Source: Haplodiscus bocki (taxonomy: Eukaryota). Taken from it: a stretch of DNA of 64,000 nucleotides. The position numbers and the translations under genes are program-made. Shown here in pieces: positions 12,501-24,889 of this stretch (positions are counted from its first letter, which is position 1; each line of letters starts with the position of its first letter). The notes beneath the pieces are model-generated. The model was not told the origin of the DNA and did no database searches. It saw nothing but the letters and a program-made list of their open reading frames with translations. The DNA lies in the NCBI GenBank assembly GCA_965655095.1, contig OZ296651.1:38378001-38442000 (forward strand), in the 5' to 3' direction.

Positions 12501-15500
12501 GATGTACTGAGAGATTTCGTGGCTGATTGCGGAGGGGAATAACTTGAATAAGGCTAAATACAGCGAAGCTGTTGCAGGCAGCTGCTTGTGACGAGCAGTG
12601 TAAGAAATAGCCTCCAAAAATCTTGCCAGGTAAAACATGGAAACATCCTGCCCCTATTTTAAGATCAAAACCTAATTGAGAGCTGAAAGTATATAAACTT
12701 TTGTCTATATATAAAATATATTTTTCCCAGCTTATCAAATTTATGCATATGTATACTGTTATATGATAGTTGTGAATCGAACCTAAAATCAACTATAAAA
12801 AGACTCTAGCGCAAAAAGGGTAAAAATTACAATGCAGTAGTTTTAAAACAGTCTGTTTACGAAGGTTCTCAATTATTGTTGACCAAATGAAATTCGATCA
12901 AGCTCATGCAAAAAACTATTTATCCGATTGATTTCAAGTTTGTCACATCAAAAATAAGTAGCATTGACGTGATTTTCACATAGACGTCGGCAGCCATAAT
13001 TCTACTGCACTCACTGCGCCGGCAGCCCAAACTCATGTCAGAATCAAGTCACTAGCAATAAAACTAACGTGACGAAGAAACCGATAATTTTAGGTTGAAT
13101 ATGCCTTAAAAATAATCAAATGTGCTTGTAAATTACAAAGAACGATGAATTGAAGTGAAATTGCATACAAATTATTCGCAAACTATATAAAATGTAATAC
13201 GTCAGAACTTATTTCAACGCTCTGCCATGACAGTATACTGATGCATAGTTTTAACAGCTTTGTATCTCTAAGAGTTTCAATTCCATCTCCAATAGCTTTT
13301 TCAAGTGTATTCTGGCTTCCGAGAACTCAATTGACAAATCAAGGAGTGTTACGAAGTTCTGCTTCGCCGTTGTGTCAATGATGTAGAAACGTTTACCAAA
13401 ATAAAAAAATAAATTTAGTTTAATTTTGTCAGCTTCCTGCATTTCATTTTGCCAACCACCGATGAAAAAACCATCAACAGTCTCATAACGGTCTCAGATA
13501 ATTCCCTCTAGAAATTGTTGTTTCGAAGTTTTTACCTGTGGTTAAATGTCACGCTCGCATGAAAAGGACACTAAGTCAACACTTATATTATGCATTTAAG
13601 GTATGTCTTATTATGAAGCTCTTACATCTATCTACTATGACCTAAAATAAAAAAAAAACAAATGAATCACTATGATAAGTCGAAATGAATACAACTACAC
13701 AATATAACCGTCTCCACGTCTGCTATGAACGCGATAAAGTCAATATGATAAATGTGGAAAAAGATGGCAAAGGCACCTCTTTCAATGACCTTCAAGTGAT
13801 GCACCTAATTGACCAATTCGAAGGTCATCGGAACCGAGCCCAACCAGATGTCACTTTAGTGCAGTCAATCTGTACAGTGCCGAGTTTAACAGTTAGAGCA
13901 AGCAGTACCACGCCCACTCTAGTGCCGTCAACTTATTTCAGTTTTTCACAAACTGACCATTCTTAACTTATGAACAATCGGAAATGAGCTGCACCAGCCA
14001 TCACAACAGCGCATTCAACTTAAACTAGGTTTGGAAGTGAGTCGTAACACACCTCACTTCAGTGCATTTAAATTATACAAAACGAAATCTGTCACTGGAT
14101 GTCAGCCGTAACACACCTCACTTCAGTGGAGCGAGCAGCACCACACCCCATTTAGGTGCATTCAATTCACGCAGCTTCAAAACACTCATACTGGAAGTCA
14201 ACTCTACCAGATTTCAATCCAGTGCACTTTCTTCAAATAGCGTGGGAATAGTAGTTGGAGAGAGCTATAAAACGGCTCAACAACAATTGCAGTACGTGAT
14301 CATCCGGCGCTGAAAAGACATAACCAAAAAAATGAAGGGCACATAAACTTACTCAAATGAAATTAGCACCTCCTGTCGAAAAGTAAAAAAGTACAAACCA
14401 AAAGTACAAAGTAGTAATTTTTATATTAATGCGAAAAAAATATAAATGTTAATTGAATAAAAAAAATGGTTCTAAGCAGATAACAACGAGACAACCGTGA
14501 AAGTGAGGTGGAACGAAACTCACTGATCTGGTGACCTGACGTAATTGCATCCGCATTAGAGCCACAATTGTCAGGCGTTACTGTACGCAATCAATAACGT
14601 TAGCTAACTCTCTTACGCCTAACGACGTCACTCTGCTCGATTTCACGTGGCATATTCTTAAAGGTCATTATTGAAAACGACTTCAACCTGCCATTACTTG
14701 TACCTACATGTAGGTCATTGAAACAAGTAATTCGAAGGATTTTATTTCCAAACCTTTTCTCCTCAAATCATGTCAAACAGAACCGAGAACAACTCGCCAA
14801 CAAAAGGTAGTTCAGAGTAACGGTTTGAAGGAAAGAACTGTCAAACAAGTGATATTGATCACCAGGAAGTTCATGAATCCAAGTTTGTGTTCAGTGAGGT
14901 GCCTCACGATTCAGTGTGCGCACGGATAAAAATGGCCACAGACCCGATTCCAGAGAAACTGAGAGATTGTGTGGCTGATTGCGGAGAGGATTGACTTGAA
15001 TCAGGCTAAAAACAGCGAAACTGTGGCAAGCAGCCGCTTTGGGATGTGCAGTTGTTAGAAATAGCCTCTGAAAATCTTTGCCCGGCAAAACACAGAAACA
15101 TCCTATCCCTATTATGAGACCAAAACCTAATTGATAGCTGAAAATAAATAAATTTCTGTCTATATATAAAACATATTTTTCTCAGCTTACCAAAACTATG
15201 CATATGTATATTTTTACATAAAAGATGTGAATCGAGCCCAAAATCGACTATAAAAAGACTGGCGCAAAAAAGGAAAAAAACTACAATGCAGTAAATTTAT
15301 AACAGTCTGCTTAAGAAATTTCTCAATTTTTGTTGGCCGACTGAAATTCGGTCAAGCTCATGCGAAACATTTTTTATCCGATTGATTTCAAACCTTTCAA
15401 ATCAAAACAAAGTAGTGTTGACGTGATTACAAATTATTCGCAAATTATATAAAATGTAATCCGTCAGAACTAATTTCAACGCTCTGCCATGACATTATAC

Positions 15501-15523
15501 TGATGCATAATTTTAACAGCTTT

Positions 15524-16630
15524 TGTCAAAGACAATTCAAAGTACTTTTTCTGACCGCAACACGAAATTACTTCCAATGCAGTGAACGGGTTGCTTTGTC
15601 ACAATCAAGGCATTTACCATAGCTTATGGCACTTTTTCATGAAACCCTAAATTGATGCATTTAATTGTATAATTGGACTCAAGCTTGTAAAATTACATGA
15701 AATTGAACGTATATAACCAGGTTGTCCTCAGTTTAGAATAAAGTCACTGTTCATTGATATATGTCATCAAACGTCATGTAAAAAGCACCAGTTTGGTTTT
15801 GGTGTTCATCCGAGTTAAAGTTGTAGTTATAGTGACAGAGGTAACGTTAGCTTCGGGAGATTGGTGACGAGCAGAAAAGCGACCGAAGGCACGAAGTCAT
15901 TAGAACCCTCGAAGAGGACAGAGAGAAGACACAACAATTCCTGCTTTCATACAAAACATTTGCTCATAACAAAACTTAGGATCTACCTCTATTCGATTGT
16001 TTTATACATTTTTTTATATTTTTTTCGCTGAACCGTTGATATCATTGCTTTTGAATACTTCAACCTTTGACGTGAATATGGTCTTCACTCGTAAGAAAAA
16101 AGACAAAACAAAAGGCTTTGTCAGTTAAATGAACTTTTAAATGGTTTCATCTTTGGTAATGATACCAATGCGGATACAGTTGAAAATGAAAACGTTGAGC
16201 CTCAGACCGGTGGTCTTATTTATAATTTTGGGAAGTCCGCAGTCGGTGGAAGCAGTACAAGTCATAATCAAAGTATTGAAAAGGATCTTGCCGAGTGATT
16301 TATGAAAGAATTTGACAATGCTCTTACAGCCGTCGAAAATCGATTCCACGAAGCGATTTTGCCATCAATGGATAACTTAGTTATACCTAGAGTAGAGACG
16401 GCTGTCAGGTCTATTACTGGGTCATCAGGACGCGGACCAAACAGTGTGGCTCATAATCATGATCAGAGAGATTTCTCAGGGAACATGGAAAATCACTACA
16501 GCATCTAGCCGAGCAGACTCACACATCGATCAAGATAGGAATGATGAGACTCGTAATGTAGAAAATTGTGAGGATGGCGGTTTCCGCGCATGATGACCTA
16601 AATGTTCCCGGCCATCGCACACTCATCACA
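15524..16630 (+). mobile_element. Solo-LTR-like fragment of a second retrotransposon family, with a decayed gag-like leader frame; truncated copies at 7373-8298 and 16846-17781
   Basis: Starts TGTCA where the 2.45-kb unit breaks off and ends ..CATCACA. The decayed frame from ATG 16078 reads MVFTRKK..LCQLNE..ENRFHEAIL..MDNLVIPRVE.AVRSITG. No TSD was found. Confidence 0.5.
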
Positions 16631-16749
16631 GAAGCTCCGGCAAGCTCATTCGACAACCAGTACGACAGAGAGAGACTCAATTTACTCCATTCATTTGTTA
16701 TTATTGGAACTTGTTTGATGGCAACAAAATAAAGTAGTGTTGACGTGAT

Positions 16750-18997
16750 TACAAATTAATCGCAATTTATATAAAATGTAATCCGTTAGAACTAATTTCA
16801 ACGCTCTGCCACGACATTATACTGATGCATAGTTTTAACAGCTTTTGTCAAAGACAATTCAAAGTACTTTTTTTGACCGCAACACGAAATTACTTCCAAT
16901 GCAGTTAATGGGTTGCTTTGTCAAAATCAAGCCATTTACCATAGCTTATGGCACTACTTCATGAAACCCTAAATTGATGCATTTAATTGTATAATTGGAC
17001 TCATGCTTGTAAAATTACATGAAGTTGAACGTATATAACCAGGTTGTCTTCAATTTAGAATAAAGTCACTGTTCATTGATATATGTCATCAAACGTCATG
17101 TAAAAAGCACCAGTTTGATTTTGATGTTCATCCGAATTAAAGTTGTAGTTATAGTTACAGAGGTAACGTAAGCTTCGGGAGATTGGTGATGAGCGGAAAA
17201 GCGGCCGAAGGCACGAAGACATTAGAACCCTCGAAGAAGGCAGAGAGAAGACATAACAATTCCTGCCCTCATACAAAACAGTTGCTCATACCAAAACTTC
17301 GGATCTACCTCTATTCGATTGTTTTATACTTTTTTTATTTTTTTTCGCTGAACCGTTGATATCATTGCTTTTGAATATTTCAACCTATGACGTGAATATG
17401 GTTTTTACTCGTAAGAAAAAAAAACAAAACAAAAGTCTTTGTCAGTTAAATGAACTTTTAAATGGTTTCATTTTTGGTAATGATACCCATGCGGATACAG
17501 TTGAAAATGAAATCGTTGAGCCTCAGACCGGTGGTCTTATTTATAATTTTGGGAAGTCCGCAGTCGGTGGAAGCAGTACAAGTCATAATCAAAGTATTGA
17601 AAAGGATATTGCCGAGTGAATTATGATAGAATTTGGCAATGCTCTTACGGGCGTCGAAAATCGATTCCACGAAGCGATTTTGCCATCAATGGATAACTTA
17701 ATTATACCTAGAGTAGAGATGGCTGTCAGGTCTATTACTGGGTTATCAGGACGCGGACCAAACAGTGTGGCTCATAATCATCTCCAAGAAATAATTAAAT
17801 TTTTTTTAAAGTATTGAATGTTTAGGTTTCGGTTTTTGAATATGATGCAACTCAATTGTTGCGGCTTTTCAGAAGAAGTCAAAATTCACGGGTAGGCTTC
17901 ATTTTCTATATCGTCATCTTAACTCTGGCTCTTCACCTATCAGGTGATATCATATCTACATGTTCACTATAACCATAGCTACAACTTTAATCAAATACGT
18001 CTCAGCGTTATATTATACCAGATTTTCCAACCCGGGTGCATATATGTACTCAAGCCCTACCAGAGATAAAACACTACCAAGATCGTGTTAGAAATGCAAT
18101 AATGCCCTGCGCACATACATGCACTGTAGTAAGAATGCCATGTACTAAGGGTTGTACCTTAATAAGAACGCTCTGTACCCCATAGGAGAAATTTAGGGCA
18201 AAGTTGTCTTTTTGTTAGGTTTGCGTTTTTTATTAAAGAAATGTGGTGAAATTCGCTTCCAAACCCAGCGTTTTGCGTCTGTTCAGGGAACAACAATAAA
18301 GGTCTAATCCAAACGTACCAGTTACAGCAATGTTTGAAATTTTTCTGTCTATTTTCAATCTTTCATCAGACCAACTAAACCAATGAAAATTCCAAATAAT
18401 CCGAAACAATGCATTTGCGAGGCTTTCAAACATATTTCATTGCAATATTTCCAATAGAGATATTTTTTTCCTTTCATTTCATTTCCATTAGCTGATTTTT
18501 TGTGGGTTTTGCTGAAAAGCATAAATTATCAGAACATTACCCTATCATGTAATGTGTACGTATTGGGCCATCCATAAATTACTAAGTAGTTTATGCCTGG
18601 CCCCAGGTCTATTCCTGGGCACGTACTACGTTGTCCCTGTTTCGCCTGTCCCGATCCCTGTCTTATTAATGAAGCCCTGTTCCATCCTTGCAGTAAACTC
18701 GGGATTGCTTTCAAGATGTTTTATTGAAAGTGAAATCTGGAATTTAGCAACAGGTACAAACTCCAAACATGGAAGTGTCGACAAAAGGCGATGGCGATGG
18801 CACTCCAAAAAAAATCAGTAATCATATTACAATTGCTCTTTGAAGTGTCATTCGTATGAAGGCTCATCGTCGACCCATGCAAGTCGATTCTGCTGGGGCT
18901 CAAATTGGATGACAAAGTTTTCAGTTGGCTGCCGGCTGGTGATTGAAGGTGATCGGTGCAATAATACCATAACTACAGTTTGTTTCAATGGCAATCT
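16750..18997. repeat. Segmental duplication, copy 2
   Basis: Near-identical to 7270-9515. Similarity ends after ..CAATGGCAATCT. Confidence 0.92.
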
Positions 18998-20319
18998 GTA
19001 AAGTTTGGTTGAACAACTTTTTTTACTACTTTGCTCAACTTTGGTTGTCTACCTACGATGCCCCAGTAAGTTTGCAAATCTAGGTGCTGCCGCAGTTTTT
19101 CATAAGATTGCAGCAATGAATTGGGAACCTACCACTCAGTTTTTTTGGTAAAAAAACTTCCAAAGACTTAGAACCTGAAAAATTTGCTTTTTCATCCGAT
19201 TTTGAAAGATGTTAATTTATTTGGAATGCAATTGTAAGCACAGCACTGATCTTAATTATTTATCTGGACTCCTGAGCAAAACTTGAGGAACTTATTTTCT
19301 GAAAGCAAAATGATTTCACAAGCAAAAAATAACAGCAAAAATTTCTCACTTTTTTTTACTTTGAAACTGAGCCAATATTTTAAAAGTTATGGCCATCCCT
19401 ATTTTCGTCATTTTTGATCAAATTTGAGGTTTTCATGGATAACCATAAAACTAAAAAAGTACAGATAGCGCCCATAAGTAATTTTTTGGCTATGAATCCT
19501 TCCTAAAAAAATTGAAGGTTACAACTTCGTGCCAAATCAAGTTATTAAAAGTTTAGGCTACTCAACTGCAGTGGATTCTTGAAACACATTATCATGAAAG
19601 AGTTCATCTTTTGAAAAGTTCATATCCCTGCAAATTGTTGAAGCTAAAAATTTTAGGAGAGATACAAGGCTTTAAGACGGTGCATGCTGTGTTTTTCTAC
19701 CTCCTTTGAGCTTTGAGACTTTCAAGTCTCAATGCATGCAGAGCAAGACATCAAAATCTTGCAAGAACGAGCGTCTTCAAAGAGAATGGGAGTTGCTTAC
19801 CATGGCCTCGGGTGGATTCTGAAGTTTCATTTGAGCCCATCAAATATAGATTATTCAACCATTTAGCCGTTCAAAATCTGCAAAAAGTCCAAAATTGTGA
19901 AAAATAACCGAAAATGGGGGTCTCATGCTCCATGAACACCCGTCCGATTATCACAAAACAAAAAAATTTAGGATCTTATCAAAAATCCAAAGAACTTTTG
20001 TCTCTACGACTTTACTCCAGCCCTTTTCGTTTTTGAGATTTTCGCTTCAAAAGTGTCAAACTTCAAACTTTGCTTGGGACTTCCTTCTGTACAGTAGTCT
20101 TGAACACAAACGCATCAACCGCAACTAATGTGAGAAATCTCATTGCCAAGAAAACTACGCAAACACCATTGATCCCATTGAGACGATTTATGTTATTTAC
20201 ACTGATTTAGCATTTTTACCCAATTTCGGGAGCGTTATAGAATATTTTCGCCAAACATTTCTCCCCATAAAACCCCCGGAATCTTTTGATTCCACTGATA
20301 CCTTTTGATATCAAGTTAT

Positions 20320-22473
20320 TGTCAAAGCATTTCTGCTAAGCCTTCCGAAAAACACTCCGTGAAGTAAAGGACACCCGAGGCCCTTTCAAAAACTAAAACT
20401 AGACTGAATGAACACAGAACTATATGGTTATATATAATTTTCAATTAATTATTAAAGGCTGTTTACGTAGCACTTCAATTCAACAATTTGTAAAATATAT
20501 CAGTAGTGTCTACGTATTATTCCTTACAGTTGTTTTCATGTAAATTGGCACGTATCGTGTACGCGCATTTCCAGTGTAGGGATCCAGATTGGGACAGAAC
20601 CGTTACGGAACAAACGGGTAATCACTTATTGTCCTAATTGCTTTTTTATGTTATTAAACAGTGCTAAATTTATAACGTTTTCAAGTATTTATTAATATGA
20701 ACTCATCAGTTACTATACAAGTTATATGCACCGTAGTAAAAATGCCAAGTACGCAGTGATGCACCTTAAGAACAACGCTCTGTATTACATAGGAGAAATT
20801 TAGGGCAAAATGTCTCTTTGTTATGTTTGTGGTTTTCATTAAACAAATGTGGTAAAATTCGCTTCCGAATCGAGCGTCTTGTGTCTATTTAGTGAAAAAC
20901 AATGAAAATCATGTTCAGAAAGACGAATACAGTAATGTTTGAAAAATTTTCTGTCAATTTTGAATCTTTCATCAGACAAACTGAACCAATAAAAATTCCA
21001 CGTAATCCGAAACAATGCTATTGCGCTGCTTTCAAACATATTCCATTGCAATAGTTCCATTGAGGATATTAATTTCTTTTCATTCTTTTTCCATTGGCTG
21101 ATTGTTTGTGGTTTTTGCTAAAAAGCTAGGGTTACCAAAAAACACACAAGTTCATGAACAAGTGCAGCAATTTGATCAAAATTGTGCTGAAAAGAGCTTG
21201 CATAAACAACTGCAACACTAAGAGCGTGACTTTAAAAGTGAATATTTGTTGCCTACGTGATACGTTGCTAACAATCTGGTGACGTCACTACACCTTAATC
21301 CAATGCACCGAGCTACTACGCTGTGTCATTTTGGCCAAACACGGAATGTTTCCGTAGCTACTCAATTCCTTCCTCTCAACAGCACTGCAATGAGCAGTGA
21401 TACAGGCGGCTACTTAGCTGTTCCGGAACACCATGGCCGAATTGAGGAACCAGCTAGTAGAAATAAAGAACGGGCCAAGAACAGGCCTTTTTCTGTACCA
21501 AAAACCTAACTAAACGACGCACCGTGAAGCAATGTAATTTTTAACCTATAATCATGTTATTCTAGTAGTATTTTATTTCATTTTCATCAATTCATTATTT
21601 TATCTTTTCTTTCTACAGAGTAAATTTCGATGTTTTATTTTGTACTTTTATTTATTGTGTCGGCGGGCGAAAAAGCAGTTTGATGTCATTTTCTGATGGA
21701 TTGGACTCGTACATTTTCTTTCGAAAGATGGAAAATACGCGGTCTCCAAGGAGGAAATGGATGGAAAAGTGTTTTTTCCCTTCAAAGTCGGCATTTTTTC
21801 CTTGTAAAAATTATGAGTAAAGTACTTTTTCCTATATGTTACTTGACATGGCGTGTAAACATAAATGTTTCCCCATAACAAAAAGAGGTAAATAGGAGAG
21901 AAAAAAGTACAAAAGGATAATTTTTGTTTTTATTTGTTGCTCTAAATAACACTTCTTTTTTACGCAAACTGTTCCTCACTGAAGCTAGTTCTTCGTCATT
22001 AATTGTACCCAAATTGTTCATTTAGTGCGGAAAAACTAACTTCAGGTTTCACCACTGTCAGCTGTTTTCAATGGCAATTCTGAGAATTAGGAGAAAACTT
22101 GCAGCCCTTAATAAAAAGAATTGTGAGGAAAATCTCAGGAGCGACCTGGCACAAAATACAACTGTTGCCAAACTACAAGAGGAGTATATTACTCAAGTCT
22201 CCGAGAAGATGTAGGGTAGAATGACCAAGAAGTTGTCCTACGATTTCAGTAGGACAGAGAACCACTTTCTAGATGCGCTTTCCCTATTTGATGCCTTTCT
22301 TCTGAACCCACTACTCCAGAGCCACTCCGGATTTACTTCCGACACATCCCAAAACGCGCCTCACATAAATCAAGGAACAAATAATGACGATTCCCAAGTT
22401 GATCTTCATCCTCAAACTACGGTCTCTCAGAGTCAAACAACACAAGTTTTTGGCCCAGACGACTCTTCTGACA
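20320..22473 (+). repeat. 5' LTR (contains a ~440-bp secondary insertion at ~20712-21152)
   Basis: Runs TGTCAAAGCA..GACTCTTCTGACA. Colinear with 34008-35687, roughly 70-80% identical by eye. Confidence 0.88.
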
Positions 22474-22870
22474 TGGTGACAGGCGTTCAAGAAACCCCTT
22501 TATGCTCACTTGGGACGTCTTCAAGTAACCAAAGAAAGCGCGCTCCACAAGTCAGCCACAATTCTGCAGTGAAAACACCTCTGCGAAAATCGGGGCACAC
22601 CAGATGTTGTTGGTCCTTCAGCAGTTGGCGAGTGATAGCAACTCTGCCAACTTCATCAACAACATTATTCGGATTTCAAAACTACCGAAATCCCTCGGGA
22701 CGACAATGTCTACTTTCGATGGGAAATCAAAAAAATTTGAACTGTTTCAGGATTAATCCCAAACGAAAATAAATGTCCATGATCAGTTCACAGAAGACAG
22801 CAAAATATACTAATTTCATCCCTAAATTCGTGGTGAAGCGCTGCAGACATTCAAAAACATCAGCGGCCCA
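22071..22870 (+). pseudogene. gag: gag N-terminal part (stops and frameshifts)
   Basis: MAILRIRRKLAALNK..EEYITQVSE..SRTE..DMVTGVQE, then in a shifted frame KLPKSL..MSTFDGKSKKFELF..RGEALQTFKNISG. Confidence 0.75.
22474..22487 (+). promoter_or_regulatory. Primer-binding site
   Basis: TGGTGACAGGCGTT immediately follows the LTR-terminal CA. TGG complements the tRNA CCA end. It resembles Leu-type TGGTGTCAGGAGT sites, but the tRNA is not identified. Confidence 0.7.
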
Positions 22871-24883
22871 CCGTCTGGATTCATGCTTAGGATTGCCATA
22901 TGGTCGGGTTTGATGAACTTGGATTGCTCCGAAGTGACTTTTTTCTGGTTCCGGTTAGTGAGTTCTTCTTTATTAGATATGGTGAATATGTTGTGTTGGT
23001 TACACTGACTGCTATCTTCTGGCAAATTATTGTCGACATTGAATGTGAAATCAACGAACATCCTGTGTCCGTAAGTTTCTCCAATGGTGTCACAGTTCCT
23101 ATTGTATTGCCTTCTGATGGATGATCAACAAAAGTTGTGATTGTTTTCGTTGTCCTAGATGGTATTGTCATGGCGGTAACCACTAGGACAATTTGGGGTT
23201 TTGCACTCATTTCATTCGCAGCACTCTTGACTCGCATTGTCAAGTGTCGAAATTGCATGAGATCATGCGTCGTATAAATGACTACACTGTTATGTCTCAT
23301 GAAGTGCAATCCGATAATCCGTCCTGTCAAATTCTTTATTACGACGCAGAGTTCAATAAAGGCATTATCTCCATTATCATTTTCAAGTGTGGCTGCTGGT
23401 AAAAGTTTGCTTCTGTAAAGGGCCATTTGCTAGTTGTATTTGAAAATTTGGAGGCTCGTTGACTTTGAAAATATTTTTCGGGGCTTGTTGTTTTGTTCTG
23501 TACAAAATGTTCTGGGCAATTGCACTTTTGTAAGTACTTGAGCTAAGTAAGAGTCGATTGTGAGGCCGTTTTTGGAATACAGGGGCACGTAGAGCATTTT
23601 TTTTGTGTTTTAGGACTACTGTAGAGGTTAGCAGGAGATGCATGTCTTTGATCTGTTCGTCTCCCAACAACTTTTCCTCAATATGTGGGATTGTTTTTGT
23701 GAGAGGAGAATACTGGTATATCCGTTAAGGGTAGTCATTATGTGTTTTTCCGATTCTTGGATGTTGGTTGGGCAATTGTTGGAGCAGTTGAGGAACGGTA
23801 CTCGTTTGTTCCCTGTACGACTTGTCTAGAATTGCTCCATGGTAGTCTTTGGGTTGTGTAATTGGATTCCTTTTGGAGGCCACGCTTGACTTGCCACTCC
23901 ATTTTGTTGCTTCTTTTCAATTTCTTGAGTAGTTTGTTTAGTTTTATTTACAGAGCTTCTATAAGTTTTGTTGTTCTTGTGTTTTTCAAGAGATGTCTCC
24001 TACGGTTTCCGCCAGAAAACCTCGGGATTGGTGGAAGTTTTGTTTTAGTGGTCTCCGGTCTGTCACGTGCAGTTCCTGAGTGAACACTTGGAGTTTAGTT
24101 TAACGTTTTGGTCGCGGCTTGGATGGTTCCATTCGTGTTGTTTTGTGTGTCGTGTGTTAGTTTTGACTCTGTCCTATCGGCCTTCTATTCCAAGTAGGTG
24201 GTCTGTTTGCTGCAACGGCTCCAGAAAAGCATTTTTCTGTGGTGTGTTTCGGTTTCCCACGGGTCTGACAAGGTAGGTAGACAGCTCTGGGTTTGCTGTC
24301 ATTTCGGTAGTTTGCGTTGTGATTATTAATATTATTGCCAATTTTGTTCTTAGGGATGGTGTTCGTTTGACGACGGGTGTTTTTTTGTTTTTTTTGTCAG
24401 CAGTATTTTTGTTGGCCTGACCTTGGTCTTCCTCGCGTTTGAGTTGACGGCATTGATTGCGTTAGTGACTTGGTTTTTTCTAGTGGTGACATGATGATTG
24501 GGTTTTCTCAGGATTTGGTTCTGTGACTTTTTGTGTCATAATGTTTATTTGCAGTTCATCTGGGGCTTACACACCGTTCAGCACTAACTCTATTTCAAGA
24601 TCTGACACCAACTGTTCATAGGTGCTATTCTCCAAATGCGCCTGGTTTCATCAATTTCTCCAGGTGTCGAGGCATCTTGGCATTTATGAAATGTTCCATT
24701 AGCGCTTGAGCAGCAACTCCGAATGCGTACTTTGCTAGTTTTTCGGGTGCGTCCAGAAGGTCGAATAACTTTTGTTTGCTAAACTTTAAGACTAGTTGTT
24801 GAAATTTGTGTTTCGCCATGGCCATTGACTGGGAATTAACGTTTTGCCTACAGTATACAGTCAGATAAACTCCCAAGTCCCGA
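22871..24883 (-). pseudogene. Inverted segment: gag C-terminus (capsid part, two zinc knuckles), aspartic protease and PR-RT spacer
   Basis: The minus strand gives SMAMAKHKFQQLV..AFGVAAQA..AKMP.HL, decayed CCHC motifs (CHH*KKPSH*RNQC; CQTRGKPKHTTEKC), a protease region (..SSTYKSAI..IIGLHFMRHN) and KFIKPDHMAILSM. Confidence 0.82.
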
Positions 24884-24889
24884 CAGCAA

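Larger units (their letters stand above)
3113..15523. repeat. Interrupted tandem array of a ~2.45-kb unit (about 4-5 full or partial copies)
   Basis: Marker ATGAATACAACTACAC at 5477, 11232 and 13685 (2453 spacing for the last pair). GGCACCTCTTTCAA at 3113, ~5564, ~11319 and ~13772. The array is interrupted at 7373-9515. Confidence 0.92.

Noticed and set aside
4267-13442. Recurrent short ORFs in the 2.45-kb unit as real genes
   Set aside because: Recurrence is explained by recent duplication. Stops and frames differ among copies and no domain is recognisable.
3113-15523. Array as an snRNA, 5S, SL-RNA or histone gene cluster
   Set aside because: No recognisable RNA gene or histone sequence seen by eye. 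An Infernal/Rfam scan would be needed to exclude it fully.
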